This document shows, in pieces, positions 1 through 11,039 of a stretch of 55,255 nt of DNA (position 1 is its first letter; every line of letters begins with the position of its first letter). A program made the translations under genes and the position numbers. Where the stretch lies: contig CAUYUJ010000173.1 of the NCBI GenBank assembly GCA_963575745.1, forward strand, positions 62,001 to 117,255, read 5' to 3'. Source of the DNA: Prorocentrum cordatum. Its lineage: Eukaryota. Under the pieces are notes generated by a model. It had not been told where the DNA came from, did no database searches, and was given only the letters and a program-made list of their open reading frames with translations.

Positions 1-400
1 GCATCATCATCGCCATCAGGACCAGCATCAGCATCATCATCATCATCATCGCCATCATCAGCATAATATTCATCATCAGCATCATCAGCGTAATAAACAT
101 CAGCCGCACCAGCGTCAGCATCATCATCAGCGCTAGCAGCATCAGCAGCAGCAGTCATAGCATCAGCAGCAGCAGCATCATCAGCAGCATCATCATCATC
201 AGCAGCATCCTCATAACCATCAGAATCAACATCATCATCATCAACAGCATCATCCTCATCATCCGCATCATCGTCATCGGCATCATCAGCATGGTCATCA
301 TCATCGTCAGCATCATCATCAGCAGCAGCATCATCCTCATCAGCACCGTCATTCTCATCATCATCAGCATCATCATCAACAGCAGCATCATCAGCATCAT
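1..400. repeat. Degenerate (CAT/CAG)n trinucleotide microsatellite
   Basis: Visible catcatcatcagcat runs; produces spurious poly-Met/Ile ORFs. Confidence 0.95.
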
Positions 401-1304
401 TTTATTCTTATTCATCAATACCCTCCTCCTCCTCCTCGTCACCGATCCTCCTTCTGCCCACTCCCCGTCCCCTAGTTCCTCCTCCCTCATCCCTCCTCCC
501 CCCTACTATTCACTATCCTCATCATTGTTGTCCCTCTGAAAAATGACCAGCGGCACAAGTCGACACAGCGAGGGCCCTTGCTGTATTGTGCCTGGTGGCC
601 CCTGGTCGGGCCCTCTGGGCATTGCAGACGGAGCGCTGGAAACACCCACATCCGCATCACTGTGTACACGCCAGGTCACTCCAAGGATTTCAACCAAACG
701 AAAGAACCAATGAACGAAGGAGGGAAGCGGGGGGGGGGAAGGGAGAGGGATGAGAAAGCCGACGAACTGCTCAAGCAAGCAAGCGAGTGCGCACGAGCAG
801 GCGGGCGAGAGAAGAAGAAGCGGGGTGTCAGTTTCGCGGGAGGAGCGAGACGACTGACTAAGACCCGATCAGGGGGCGCGGTGGCCTGCTTCTTCCTGTC
901 CAGCGCCTCGAGCTCGTCTTCTACGGGCCTTCGTCGCCTCCGCAGAGCAGGCTGGATGGCCCATCGGCAAGGCGCAAAGATGAAGTGTTCGGTCACTTCA
1001 AGTGCCAGGGGGGGAGAACAACCAACGAAGCCTGTCAGAGGCACACAACACAACATTATGAGTATTGCGACGAGGGCACGTGTGGCCTGATCGTATGCGG
1101 TTCTTATGCGGCTATACGTAGGCATGTACATAGGGTAGCAACTTCATGACGAGTGTGCCCGTTCCTCTGTTCGGGCTGTTCCCTCGCGTTCAGGTTGCGA
1201 ATATGTTTGGCTGCCCGTCGGCCCCTAGCCCTCGGGGAGACCAGCCGCGGGCGAAGGGGAAGGAGAGCTCAAAGGAGATCGGTGACGTCGTCGCCTAGAG
1301 ACGT

Positions 1305-1467
1305 TCCAGTCGGACCTGGGCCAGAAGAGCATCCCTCAAGAACACGAGACCCTCCATCAGCCAAAACGCACAGACCAGCCAAAGGTATCCCCCCCGGGAT
1401 GCACAGGAACATCCTACGAACACGAAGAGCATTGGTGTACCCTCCCTGAACCGACCTCGATCTTATA
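1305..1467 (+). repeat. Dispersed repeat; diverged second copy at ~25160-25339
   Basis: Collinear shared blocks, e.g. gcacaggaacatcctacgaacacgaagagcattggtgtaccctccctgaaccgacctcgatct versus gcacaagaacatccaacaagcacgaagaacattagtgtaccctccccgaaccgccctcgatct. Confidence 0.7.
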
Positions 1468-2378
1468 CCTGGGTCCGACTGTACATGAACATGCCGAGAC
1501 CAATGAACAAGCAGGTGCGAATGGTCTGTTCCGCATATGAACCAAGGCCACGCTGACGGCGATGCTGGTCAACGGTGATGTTGGGAATATGGTCTTTACG
1601 ACGTCGAACTCGCGCAGAACAAATTGTAGGAACGCGTGAGCAACGCTTCCCTACGAGTGGGGTGCCCACGAACCACCCCCACCTACAATACCGAAACCTG
1701 CATCGCCGTCTACGGATGAAGTTCCTCCGAAGCGCCAGCGGGTTACAGCCAGCGGTGAAACGTCGAGAAGGGTTACTGCCAGCCAGGGTGAATGTCGAGA
1801 AGGTCAGTTTACCTTTGTGTACAGCCAGCCCATACAAGAAGGATGCACAAGAAGGATGCAAGGGTCTTGGAAGGCAATGTAGACACTTTGCGAGCGGGGC
1901 TCGGCCAGCGGAAGCGGCCAAGGACGGGCCAAAGGAGGAGTATGCAAGAGGAACCTTGGAAAGTCGCTGATCCTCGCTATGCGGCTCGACTGTACAGCCA
2001 GCGGTGAAACGTCGAGCAGGGACAGTGCCGAGACGATCAGTTTACCATTGTGTACACGCGCACAACTCACAGAATCCCAATTCGGGGATCTGCTAACCTG
2101 GATCGGCCCAAGCCCAGGCCGATCGGGCCTTGCAGCATCCTGCAGGATCCTGCAGGCTCCTGCGCGCCAGCCTGGGTCAATGCAACCATGGCTGTGCAGG
2201 ATCCTGCAAGATCGGACGCTCTGTCTGACCCCCGCTTGACTTGACCCCCATCTCAAGACCCCCGACCAATGAGACTCGACTATGGCCGGCGGCTGAGAGA
2301 ACGGGCCCTTCCGCCTGCAACCACCGCTGGCCGCACCCAGAGCTAGCAGCCCCAGCGCAAGCTCGCGGTGGCAGCAAG

Positions 2379-2894
2379 CGTCGTCGTCGTCGTCGGCGTC
2401 ATCGTCGGCGTCGGCGTCGTCGTCGTCGTCGACGTCGGCGTCGGCGTCGTCGTCGTCGGCGTCGTCGGCGTTGGCTTCGTCGACATGGTCGCGTCGTCGA
2501 CGTCGTCGTCGCCGTCGTCGCCGTCGGCCTCGTCGTCGTCCTCGTCCTCGGCGTCGTCGTCGTCGGGGTCGTCGGCGTCGTCGGCGACGTCGGCGTCGTC
2601 GTCGGCGTCGCGACGTCGGCGGCGTCGTCGTCGGCGTCGTCGGCGTCGTCGTCGGCGTCTNNNNNNNNNNNNNNNNNNNNNNNNNNNNNNNNNNNNNNNN
2701 NNNNNNNNNNNNNNNNNNNNNNNNNNNNNNNNNNNNNNNNNNNNNNNNNNNNNNNNNNNNCGTGGTCGTCGTCGACGTCGTCGTCGTCGTCGGCGTCGGC
2801 GTCGGCGTCGGCGTCGTCGTCGTCATCGACGTCGGCGTCGTCGTCGTCGTCGGCGTCGTCGTCGTCGGCGTCGTCGTCGGCGGCGGCGTCGGCG

Positions 2895-2927
<33 letters not shown>

Positions 2928-2934
2928 TCGTCGT

Positions 2935-2967
<33 letters not shown>

Positions 2968-3003
2968 TGTCGGCGTCGTCGGCGTCGGCGTCGTCGGCGT
3001 CCT
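2379..3003. repeat. (GTC/GGC)n microsatellite spanning a 100-N assembly gap (2661-2760)
   Basis: Direct reading of the sequence. Confidence 0.95.
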
Positions 3004-4140
3004 CGATGGCGGGCACGTGGTGCTGCCCCGCGCGGCGCAGGCGGGGGCCGCGGAGCGCCTCTCCCAGCACTTCTCCCAGAACCGTAGGCACTGCTGGGCC
3101 TCCGCCTCTCTGGACTCGAACTCCTCGATCACCCTCGCCGGGGCACAGGATCGAGCTCGATCGGAGAGGGCACGCGAGAGGATTAACGGAACCGTCCGAG
3201 GGCCGCGCTGCCATGGGGACGTAGAAGGCACGAGTCGCCAACCACAGGACACAAGGGTACCCTTGATTGGGCGGGGGTCGACCCACTGATCAACCTCGAC
3301 TGTAGAGGGGGCAAAGAGGAGGAGGAGGAGGAGGAGGAGGGGAGGAGGAGGAGGAGGAGAAGAAGGGACACGACGACGACAAGGGAAGGGCCATGAAACC
3401 TCCAGTGCTGCGTTTGTGATCTCAACTTCGGGAGGCCGAGATGTTGCTCAGGCCGCCGTGCTGCCGAAGTTGCAGATACCGTCGCTGCGCCCATTGGCGA
3501 ATGAGCTGAAGGCTCTGCGGTAGTGCCACCCTGCCAACACATACAGACGTACAGACTCGTTGCTGTGAGAGCACGCGTCCCCCTCCAGTGCGCTGCAGTC
3601 AAATTGCACCAGACAGTAAACGTTTGTTACTATTTCAATCGAATACTGCATAAACACAGTGTGGTTGTAGACATTGCGGTTTGTCGAAGCTACTAGAGTC
3701 ATTCGTAATTGTGTACACGCTGCGCTCCACACTTTGCAATCAGTGAGCTCGACACTAACACGCGCGGTGGCTATGTACTCTTAGGCCGCACTGTATTCTG
3801 CCGCAGTACCACATCGTCCAACTCTCTCTCTCACGCAGTGCTTGCTGCAACTCGGCATGGGCGCTTACAATGGCATTTCGGGACAACTCTCCCGAATTGG
3901 CAGTGTGACTATGGACACCAGAAGGGTGAACGGAGAAAAACGAGGAGGGGGGGGGAATGAAGATGAGGAAGGGCAGAGGAGGGGGAGAAGGGGGGGAAGG
4001 AGGAGGAGGGAGGAGGGAGGAGGGGAGGCAGAAGAGGGGGAGGATAAGGAGGGAGCACGGGTGAGGCGGAAGAGCTGGGGAAGGAAAGAGGAGGCACGGG
4101 GGGCAGGCAGAGGGAAGGATGGGGAGCAGGGGAGAAGAGC

Positions 4141-4279
4141 TAGATTGCGTGTGAGTTCGGGGTAAGAGGCTTCAGAACCATCAGAGATGTGTTCAGGACG
4201 TGTTTGGATGTGTATTCGACTCTCCGTAACAACGATGGCTCAAGCCGTCTGGTTGGAAAGCTCATGCTGGGAAACTAAC
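4141..4279 (+). repeat. 5' LTR (only the 3' portion survives; truncated by a purine-rich tract)
   Basis: Ungapped match to 14068-14206 with about 15 mismatches in 139 nt by hand count (~89%); immediately followed by the PBS. Confidence 0.88.
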
Positions 4280-4281
4280 GT

Positions 4282-4291
4282 TGGTAGCGCT
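4282..4291 (+). promoter_or_regulatory. Primer-binding site, initiator tRNA-Met type
   Basis: TGGTAGCGCT lies 2 nt after the LTR; it is complementary to a ...GCUACCA tRNA 3' end, like the Ty1 PBS TGGTAGCGCC. Confidence 0.8.
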
Positions 4292-5478
4292 GATGTGGTG
4301 GCAGGTCCATTGAGACTCGCCGTCTCTCTGCCCTCAGCTTCGCCATTCAGGTTCCGGCTCAGCGTCGAGTGCGACGAGAACCCTTACGTGTACCAGCAGC
4401 AGCAGAAATACGAGAGCAACATAACGTGGCTCATGGTACGCGTGTGTGCAGCTGAAGTCTCACCGCTCCTCAGCACCTTCAGCATCGACACCCAGCTCGC
4501 TGTGCGGACGCGCACAGCCATGGACTACGGAGACACCTCAGGCAACGGCGGCGGCATACCTCTCGACACGCTCAACAAAAACACGCCGCCAGGATGGCGG
4601 CCAGGCAACGGTAAGTACCCACTGCGTCGCTACATCCAGTTGCTCAGGCTATGGTGGAGGCAGACGGAGCTGGCAGAGCATGCAGCAGGTCTAGCGATGG
4701 CAGGACGTCTCAGAGGTTCAGCGTTCCAGATAGCGATGAAGATGAAATGTGATAGGCTGGACCACACCGCAGGAGTACGACGCGAGATGGAAGGAATCGA
4801 GCTGCTAGCTCAACCTTCACATCCTGATTGGCAAGACGCTGCAGGTGTTCTACATCCCGCTGCGCCAGCAGGAGCATCATTGCTCATGGATATTCTCGTT
4901 CAGGAGGTCGAGGTTCAAGACCAAGACATGTCAATCGTGGCCTTGTCAAGTTTCTTCTCACTCACCAGAGGCCACCTACCGGTGAATGAGTTCCTCACGA
5001 TGTTCCGCCTATGCTTCGAGGAGGCCTCTGACAAAGGAGACCTGCAGTTTTTTTTTCATCCTCGAACAGCTCAGTGAGTTCAGTCGCCATGCTTATCTTG
5101 ATGGCATCGGGAAGCTGCCGAGCAGCGTCTCCCGTAAAGGCACTCAGCGACGGTGCAGAGCCAAAGCCTGCCCGAGTTCTGCACAGAGGGGCTATCGCTG
5201 ACCGCGCCGAAGGAAGGAGGTGCCTTCAACGAGGAGCGCCCGCGCACACGCGTGCACGCACGATCTGCCCGCTGCGGCATGTGAGCCTCTGGCTCGGATG
5301 ACTGGGAGGCGGGTTGTCCTGGTCGCAATCCGATGCGATGCTCACGCTGGAGATTTGCGACTCTCTATTGGGGGAGAGATGCGGCCTGCCGAATTGAACG
5401 ATTCCCCGTGCGGGAGCCGTTCTGCAATCGCATGCGGGAGCCGCTGCCTGGATCAGATGCGGGGGCCGCTCCGCAACA

Positions 5479-6408
5479 TCACTGAGGGGCCTCGTCTTCG
5501 CCTCGCTTACCATGGCTCGCTTGATAATTCAAAATCGTCCAATCAAACATGAAATCGTACTGATAGCCCTCGCGGAAGAACAGGTTTTTGAGAAGGCGGC
5601 GCAGGTAGGCGTAGTCGGGGCGGTCCTCGAAGCGCAGGCTGCGGCAGTAGTTGAGGTACGTCACGAACTCGGCGGGAAAGTGTTTGCACAAGACCTCGAT
5701 CGGTGTAGACATCTTCTTCTCCATGATCTTCTCGTACTTCTCCTTCTTGGAGTTGGCCTTAAGGCCCTGCCATGGCAGGCTGCCGCGGTTGAAGTACATC
5801 AGCACGTACCCCACCGCCTCCAGGTCGTCACGCCTGCTCTGCTCCATGCCGACGTGCGTGTTCACGCTCGCGTACCTGGCAGTGCCTGTCAAATTCTTGC
5901 CCTCGCGGTACGGGATATGCTGCTGGGTCTTGGGGTCCCTGTACTTTTTGGCAAGCCCGAAATCGATGATGTGCACCTGGTTTGCCTTCTTGCCCAGGCC
6001 GATGAGGAAGTTGTCGGGCTTGATGTCGCGATGGATGAAGTTCTTGGCGTGGACGTACTCCACGCGGTTGATCATCTGGTCCGCGAGCATCAGGACCGTC
6101 TTCAGGCTGAACTTCCTGTTGCAGAAACTGAATAAGTCCTCGAGTGATGGGCCGAGCAGGTCGATGACCATGACGTTGTATTGGTTCTCCACGCCGCACC
6201 ACTGCACGTTCGGGACGCCGACGCCGCCCGCGAGGATCTTATACAACTTCGACTCGTAGAGCAACTGCGGGTGCATAGACTTGATCGACTCAAGCTTGAT
6301 GGCAACCTCCTCACCGGTCGTCACATTGGTGCCGATGTAGATATCTCCGAATGACCCCGAGCCGATCTTGCGGCCCAGACGGAACTTGCCTCCGACGCGC
6401 AGCTCCAT
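5479..6408 (-). CDS. CK1: Casein kinase 1 (309 aa, intronless, open frame)
   Basis: [51 protein letters not shown] and EQSRRDD are diagnostic CK1 motifs. The start is the ATG at 6408, not the ORF-track start at 6483. Confidence 0.97.
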   Translation of the reverse strand: MELRVGGKFRLGRKIGSGSFGDIYIGTNVTTGEEVAIKLESIKSMHPQLLYESKLYKILAGGVGVPNVQWCGVENQYNVMVIDLLGPSLEDLFSFCNRKFSLKTVLMLADQMINRVEYVHAKNFIHRDIKPDNFLIGLGKKANQVHIIDFGLAKKYRDPKTQQHIPYREGKNLTGTARYASVNTHVGMEQSRRDDLEAVGYVLMYFNRGSLPWQGLKANSKKEKYEKIMEKKMSTPIEVLCKHFPAEFVTYLNYCRSLRFEDRPDYAYLRRLLKNLFFREGYQYDFMFDWTILNYQASHGKRGEDEAPQ

Positions 6409-6510
6409 GTTTGTTGGCCCGGCGGGCCGCGGTCCACTGAGGTGGCTGGATTGGATGGGAAAGGGGGCGCGGCGGTTTGCCACGCGAGGCGCTCGCCCAA
6501 CAAGCCCCAG

Positions 6511-6547
6511 CTTGCGACAAAGGGGCTTGAGCCAAAATGGCCACGGA
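6511..6547 (-). other. Genomic DinoSL copy plus a degenerate 15-nt relic
   Basis: TCCGTGGCCATTTTGGCTCAAG matches DinoSL at 21/22; it is followed by CCCCTTTGTCGCAAG (11/15 to CCATTTTGGCTCAAG). Confidence 0.9.
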
Positions 6548-6716
6548 ACAAAGGAGGCCTGCAGTTGAACAACGTCGGCGAGAGCTTCCTGTTGCTACAG
6601 ATGTCGGGCCTATCAGGGAAGGTACGATGGCGACGATCAACATGGCGTACAACTTCCCCGCGAGTGGCGATGCATTCGGCACCATGCATGTGGTTCAAGG
6701 TGTGGAAAGGCTGGGA

Positions 6717-7000
6717 CCCCTAGTGGACACAAGGAGCATCCTCAGCCTTGATGGGCACGGACACCTTGCGGACATTCCTGGATAAGGTCGTCGAGCCGAT
6801 GGGCATCATGAACAAGGTATCCTTCGGCCCCTCTACGTCCATGTTCACAGGCGTTGGAGGTCGACCTGAGCCAGGTGTGCGAGTGTGCACCATGCCTCTT
6901 GAAGTGCCAGGGCTGCCGGGAGCAACCTTCTCAACCGACCTGATCGGCAACCAAGGTTCATCATGTCCTGGACTGATGCCGCTTCCAAGCATGGTGGATT
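6717..7000 (+). pseudogene. Retroviral-type aspartic protease
   Basis: Removing one A near 6731 gives LVDTGASSALMGTDTL in frame with ORF 6748; followed by FTGVGG and CPGLMPL. Confidence 0.8.
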
Positions 7001-7674
7001 GCGGTGCAATGGTAGCTTGTGGAGTCTATGACAATCGAGACGGCATCATGATCATATCGGCGCCTGGCAAGAGGAAACACGATCCTCCTCAAGTGGCTCT
7101 GGTGCGGATCCTCTACACCGACTCGAACCACTACCTACTGCCGACGGACAGATTTGAACAGACTGCTTTGGAAGTTGCTGATGAACAACGTGAGCTCTGG
7201 AAGGTATCGAAGGCCCATTGGTTTGAGAAATATCAACGAGGAGTTTCGGCCAACATCGCGTGGGCGTTCAGCCATACCAAGTCGGAGATCGAAGGTCCGC
7301 CACCCGCAGAGGCTGAAAGGACGGGCATCGGACTCATTCAAGATCCTCCGAAAGAATCTCCAGTATCAAGCAGTGAAGTACATCACGACGTTCACAAAAC
7401 ATATGTTTCGCCGGCAACAGCAGCTCTATGTTCACCAGACCAAGGTTTTCAACGCCTACGTCAATTCCGGAGCAAGAGGTTCACATATATCTGGATGGGC
7501 GTACCAGGTCCAGTCTACACTCAAGACGCAGGGCCACAGGGCATGGACGATAAGCAGCAGTTGGAGAAGTACTACGTCTGCATGCCCGAGGAATTCTACT
7601 ACTTCAGTGGCCTGATCGTCATCACTCCTGACAACGCGGAGGAGTGGTGTCAGCGGATAGCTCAGGAATATCAG

Positions 7675-8330
7675 AACTTTGAGTTTCTCTAGAGTATGAA
7701 TGGCTCAGGACGGCTCTCGCTATGCGCATACATGTCGGGCTTGGCGATCAGTTTTCCTCCAGGTTTCAGGTATGGCTGGAAACTTCGCCGCAAGGCTCAC
7801 CGAGATCTCCTGGACAAGATAGACAACAACCTTATCCAGTCTGATGGAGTCCTGGTCGCCAAGATGCTCGCCATGGTCAGCTTCCAATCATGAAGGAGGC
7901 CTCGAAGCTCCAAGCATCTCGACAAGCTGAGTGTCCAAACCTACAGTGGGTCTCTCAGAGGTTTCGGAAGATCCACAAGGAAGGACGAGCAGGTGTCCTT
8001 GAGAATCCGAGGAGCTCAGTGATCCTCAAGAGCTCGCCTCTCAAGTCCGTCGCACAAAACGGCAACGTCGGACATCTGGATCAGTGCCAACCTGGAGCAG
8101 GGGATCCGTCAACGTGGGTCTCAGTAAAGAAGCCGACCTTCCTGTTCATGATCAACATAAGCCTGGAACGCGTCCTGCTGAAGTGCCAGGGCGACTCGAA
8201 GCGCAGCGAGCACTCAGTTTTGCAGGGTTCGTTTCCAGGCACCAGCATCAACAAGACAGCTGCAGCGGCTGTCTACCCATGGCCGATGGTGACGGCCATC
8301 ATGCACGACATTCACGATTACCTGCAGTGT
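7675..8330 (+). pseudogene. C5 cytosine DNA methyltransferase-like domain within pol
   Basis: Motifs in expected order across three frames: FEFL*SMNGSGRLS (motif I-like; TAG at 7690), FRYGW, SWSPRCSPWS (7850-7879, motif IV-like), VLENP (ENP at 8001, motif VI-like), DQC...KKPT and AVYPWPM. Confidence 0.65.
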
Positions 8331-8829
8331 GGAGTTGTCAAGGATGGCGACGAGATGTTCTACACTCACCTCTATAACCGCGAGAGGTGTCGCCACCGGC
8401 TTCTCAAGAAGCTACCCGACGGCACCAAACTTCCTACGGCCCCACGCACACGTGCGGCAGGATGTAGGTTTGCGCCAGGACGCCATGGCATAGCACCTGG
8501 TGGTGTTCCAGCTGCTGCAAACGGTGCGCCAGCAGCACGTCCTGGGCTACATCCTCCTCTACCGGGAGTTGCACCAGCAGCCGCAGCAGCAGCGGCACCT
8601 GTCGCACCTGCAGCACCACCTGCAGCACCAGCTGCAGCAGCTGCTGCAGCACCAGCGGCAGCGGCAGCAGCTCCTGGACCAGCTCAGGCAGCGGGGGCAG
8701 CTCCGGCAGCTGCTGTCGAGCCTCCTCCTGAGGCCGTGGCTCCGCCGACGTACATCGAGCCGAGCTTTGACCTCCAGGCAGCCAAGAAGGTTCTTCGAGA
8801 CCCGAAGGCCTCGGTCAAGGAGAAGAAAG

Positions 8830-9460
8830 CCATCATCATGGGCATACATGTCAAGCTCTGGCATGCGGCTGCCATGGAGCTCGAGAAGGTGCTCTACCGG
8901 GCTTGCGATGGCAAGGAGGTGCTCGACCTGGTCGACGGCGTCATCGAGTGCTGAAAGGAGTGCGGCACGTGGAAGCGCAAGTTGACACGACCGCAGGTGA
9001 AGGCCATGCTGTCAGAACATTTCAACTACAAAGTCCAGACGAACCTCTTCTTCATATTCAACAAGACCTTCATCGTGCTGGTGCCTGGTGGAAGAGCTTC
9101 CACGCAAGACTGCCGACGAGTGGATGACCGTGGTCTTCAGGAGCTGGATCCGGCACTTCGGCCCGATGACTTAATTATTTGGTCATTGACCAGGAGGGCG
9201 CCATTACGAGCGACCTCGTTGGCAAGTGCTGCGAGAAGTTCGACATCACCCGCGACTTCGGCGGATAGCAAGGGCACACGGCTGCGCCCATCGCAGAGAG
9301 AAGGATCGAGATCATTCGCACAGGCGCTCAGAAGCTGTGGGCAACAGTCCAGAAGACGGGCCTGGACACGACACAGAGTCAGGTGATCTGCGAGACTTCG
9401 ATGTCCACCAACAGCATGCTGAGCTACAACGGCCACACGCCCAATCAGAGCTTGCTGGGC
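8830..9460 (+). pseudogene. Integrase (HHCC zinc finger + DDE core)
   Basis: HVKLWH...C*KEC, then VQTNLFF, WIRHFGP, IDQEG and IAERRIEIIR across frameshifts. Confidence 0.85.
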
Positions 9461-11039
9461 TACCAGCCAAAAGAGTTGCACGATCCCGAGGTCAAGACGC
9501 TCTCTGCCGCTGCCGGGGCGCTCGAGGCCGCTCCAGATGCCATCGAGGTGGCCATCCGCCTGCGCATGATGGCCAAGGAGGCGATCCTGCAGAGCATCGT
9601 CCAGGATCGTCTGGCCGTGGCCCAGAACACCAAGATGCAAAAGTTCAAGCCCGAGGATCGCGCGAATATCATCGATGGCTCGAAGGCAGATCTCTGGCGC
9701 GAGCCAAATTCCAAGGACGATCCTGGCTGGCGTGGACCATACGAGGTCATCAAGGTCTACCAGGACGGCTCCAGAGTAGCGGTCGACTGGAGAGGCCGCA
9801 TCATGCTGGCGCCCATCAGGCACCTTCGCCCGCACATTGGTTTCGTGTGGCTGCCTCACAAAAAGTACAATGGCAACCAGGTCCACGCCATTCAGCACGA
9901 GTTCAACGACACGGTCAAGCAGATGATGGAGATAGTGGAGTCTGGAGCTGCGTACTCATCCTACACCTACGGCCTGGCGTGCTCGAGTGCGGAGCGCAAC
10001 TACCAGCTCACCAGCTACGGCAGATCGGCCAAGATCGAGGATCTTCGAGAGGGCTCCTGCGCCGAAGGCAGCCTCAAGGCGCGCGCAGCTGCCAGGCGAG
10101 AACGCGGCTGTTCCACAGACGCCCATGCCAGCGGCCAAGGCCTCGGCACCATCGTCACCACGCAGCCAGGAGGACACACTAGACTACGGTGCCGCTCACG
10201 AGCCCACGCTGGGCTGAGGCCAGCCAGAGGCACCGATCTGGGGACCTCTAGAGGAGATACCTCTACCAGGAGCAGTTCACGAAGGACCATCGCCTACTAC
10301 GTCAGAGCTAGATCGCTCTCGCACGAGAGTTTATGGACCTGCTCCAGATCCACGAGACCAACACGACCAGCGAAATCGACAAGTTCGACAAGAATCACAA
10401 CGGCATCTACCACCAGCCTCGACGATCGCAGACAGGACGCAGTCCCAAAAGAGAGATGCACCAACAAGTCCTCAAGACGATCGAGTGGCTCCAGGAGCGA
10501 GGGCCTCTGCCTCATCGTCTGGAGCGGCAGCATCATCAGAGTCAATCCTGCCCATCGCAGAGGCAATGGACAACGATGCTACGATCGGCTACGGCCCGGC
10601 AACCAGCGGCAAGGTTGACGAGGACAAGCAGGAAAAGCTCGAGCTGCACAGCTATCAAGTATGGCTTGATCTGCATCATGCTGAACATCGACTGGGACAG
10701 TCTCTACGCAGTTTGGCCCCTGTCATTTTCGAGCCACACTTCGACGAAGAGCATTTCACTCATGCCATCGCCGGTGCTGAACAGATTCTTCACTTCAGCC
10801 AGCAAGCTGAGCGAGAAGAACTACCATGGGCAGCCGACGAGGCGCTCGCAGTGCTGACAGTGCCAGTGGCAAAGGCCCATGTGTTTCTACTACGACGTCC
10901 GAGAGGACCAGTGCTTCTCGGTTTCCTCCGACGACCTCCTCACGCCGCAAGAGGTGATCGACAACTGGGACGCCGTCGAGATCGGCGACTACGAGGAGGC
11001 CGTCTCGTTGTACAGCCATGACAGTTTCGAGGTCGACCT

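Larger units (their letters stand above)
5050..6547 (-). other. Full-length processed mRNA retrocopy of casein kinase 1 (SL, 5'UTR, CDS, 3'UTR, poly(A)) with TSD
   Basis: SL at 6547-6526; T9 run at 5048-5056; flanking direct repeats ACAAAGGAGACCTGCAGTT (5031-5049) and ACAAAGGAGGCCTGCAGTT (6548-6566). Confidence 0.95.
4520..6625 (+). pseudogene. gag, split by the CK1 retrocopy
   Basis: MDYGDTSG...PPGWRPG...LRLWWRQ...FEEASDKG reads on as [22 protein letters not shown] on the far side of the insertion. No zinc knuckle is seen before the protease (probable deletion). Confidence 0.75.

Noticed and set aside
6409..6483. N-terminal extension of CK1 in the ORF track
   Set aside because: It uses a non-ATG start in the 5'UTR; CK1 homology begins at MELRVG (6408).
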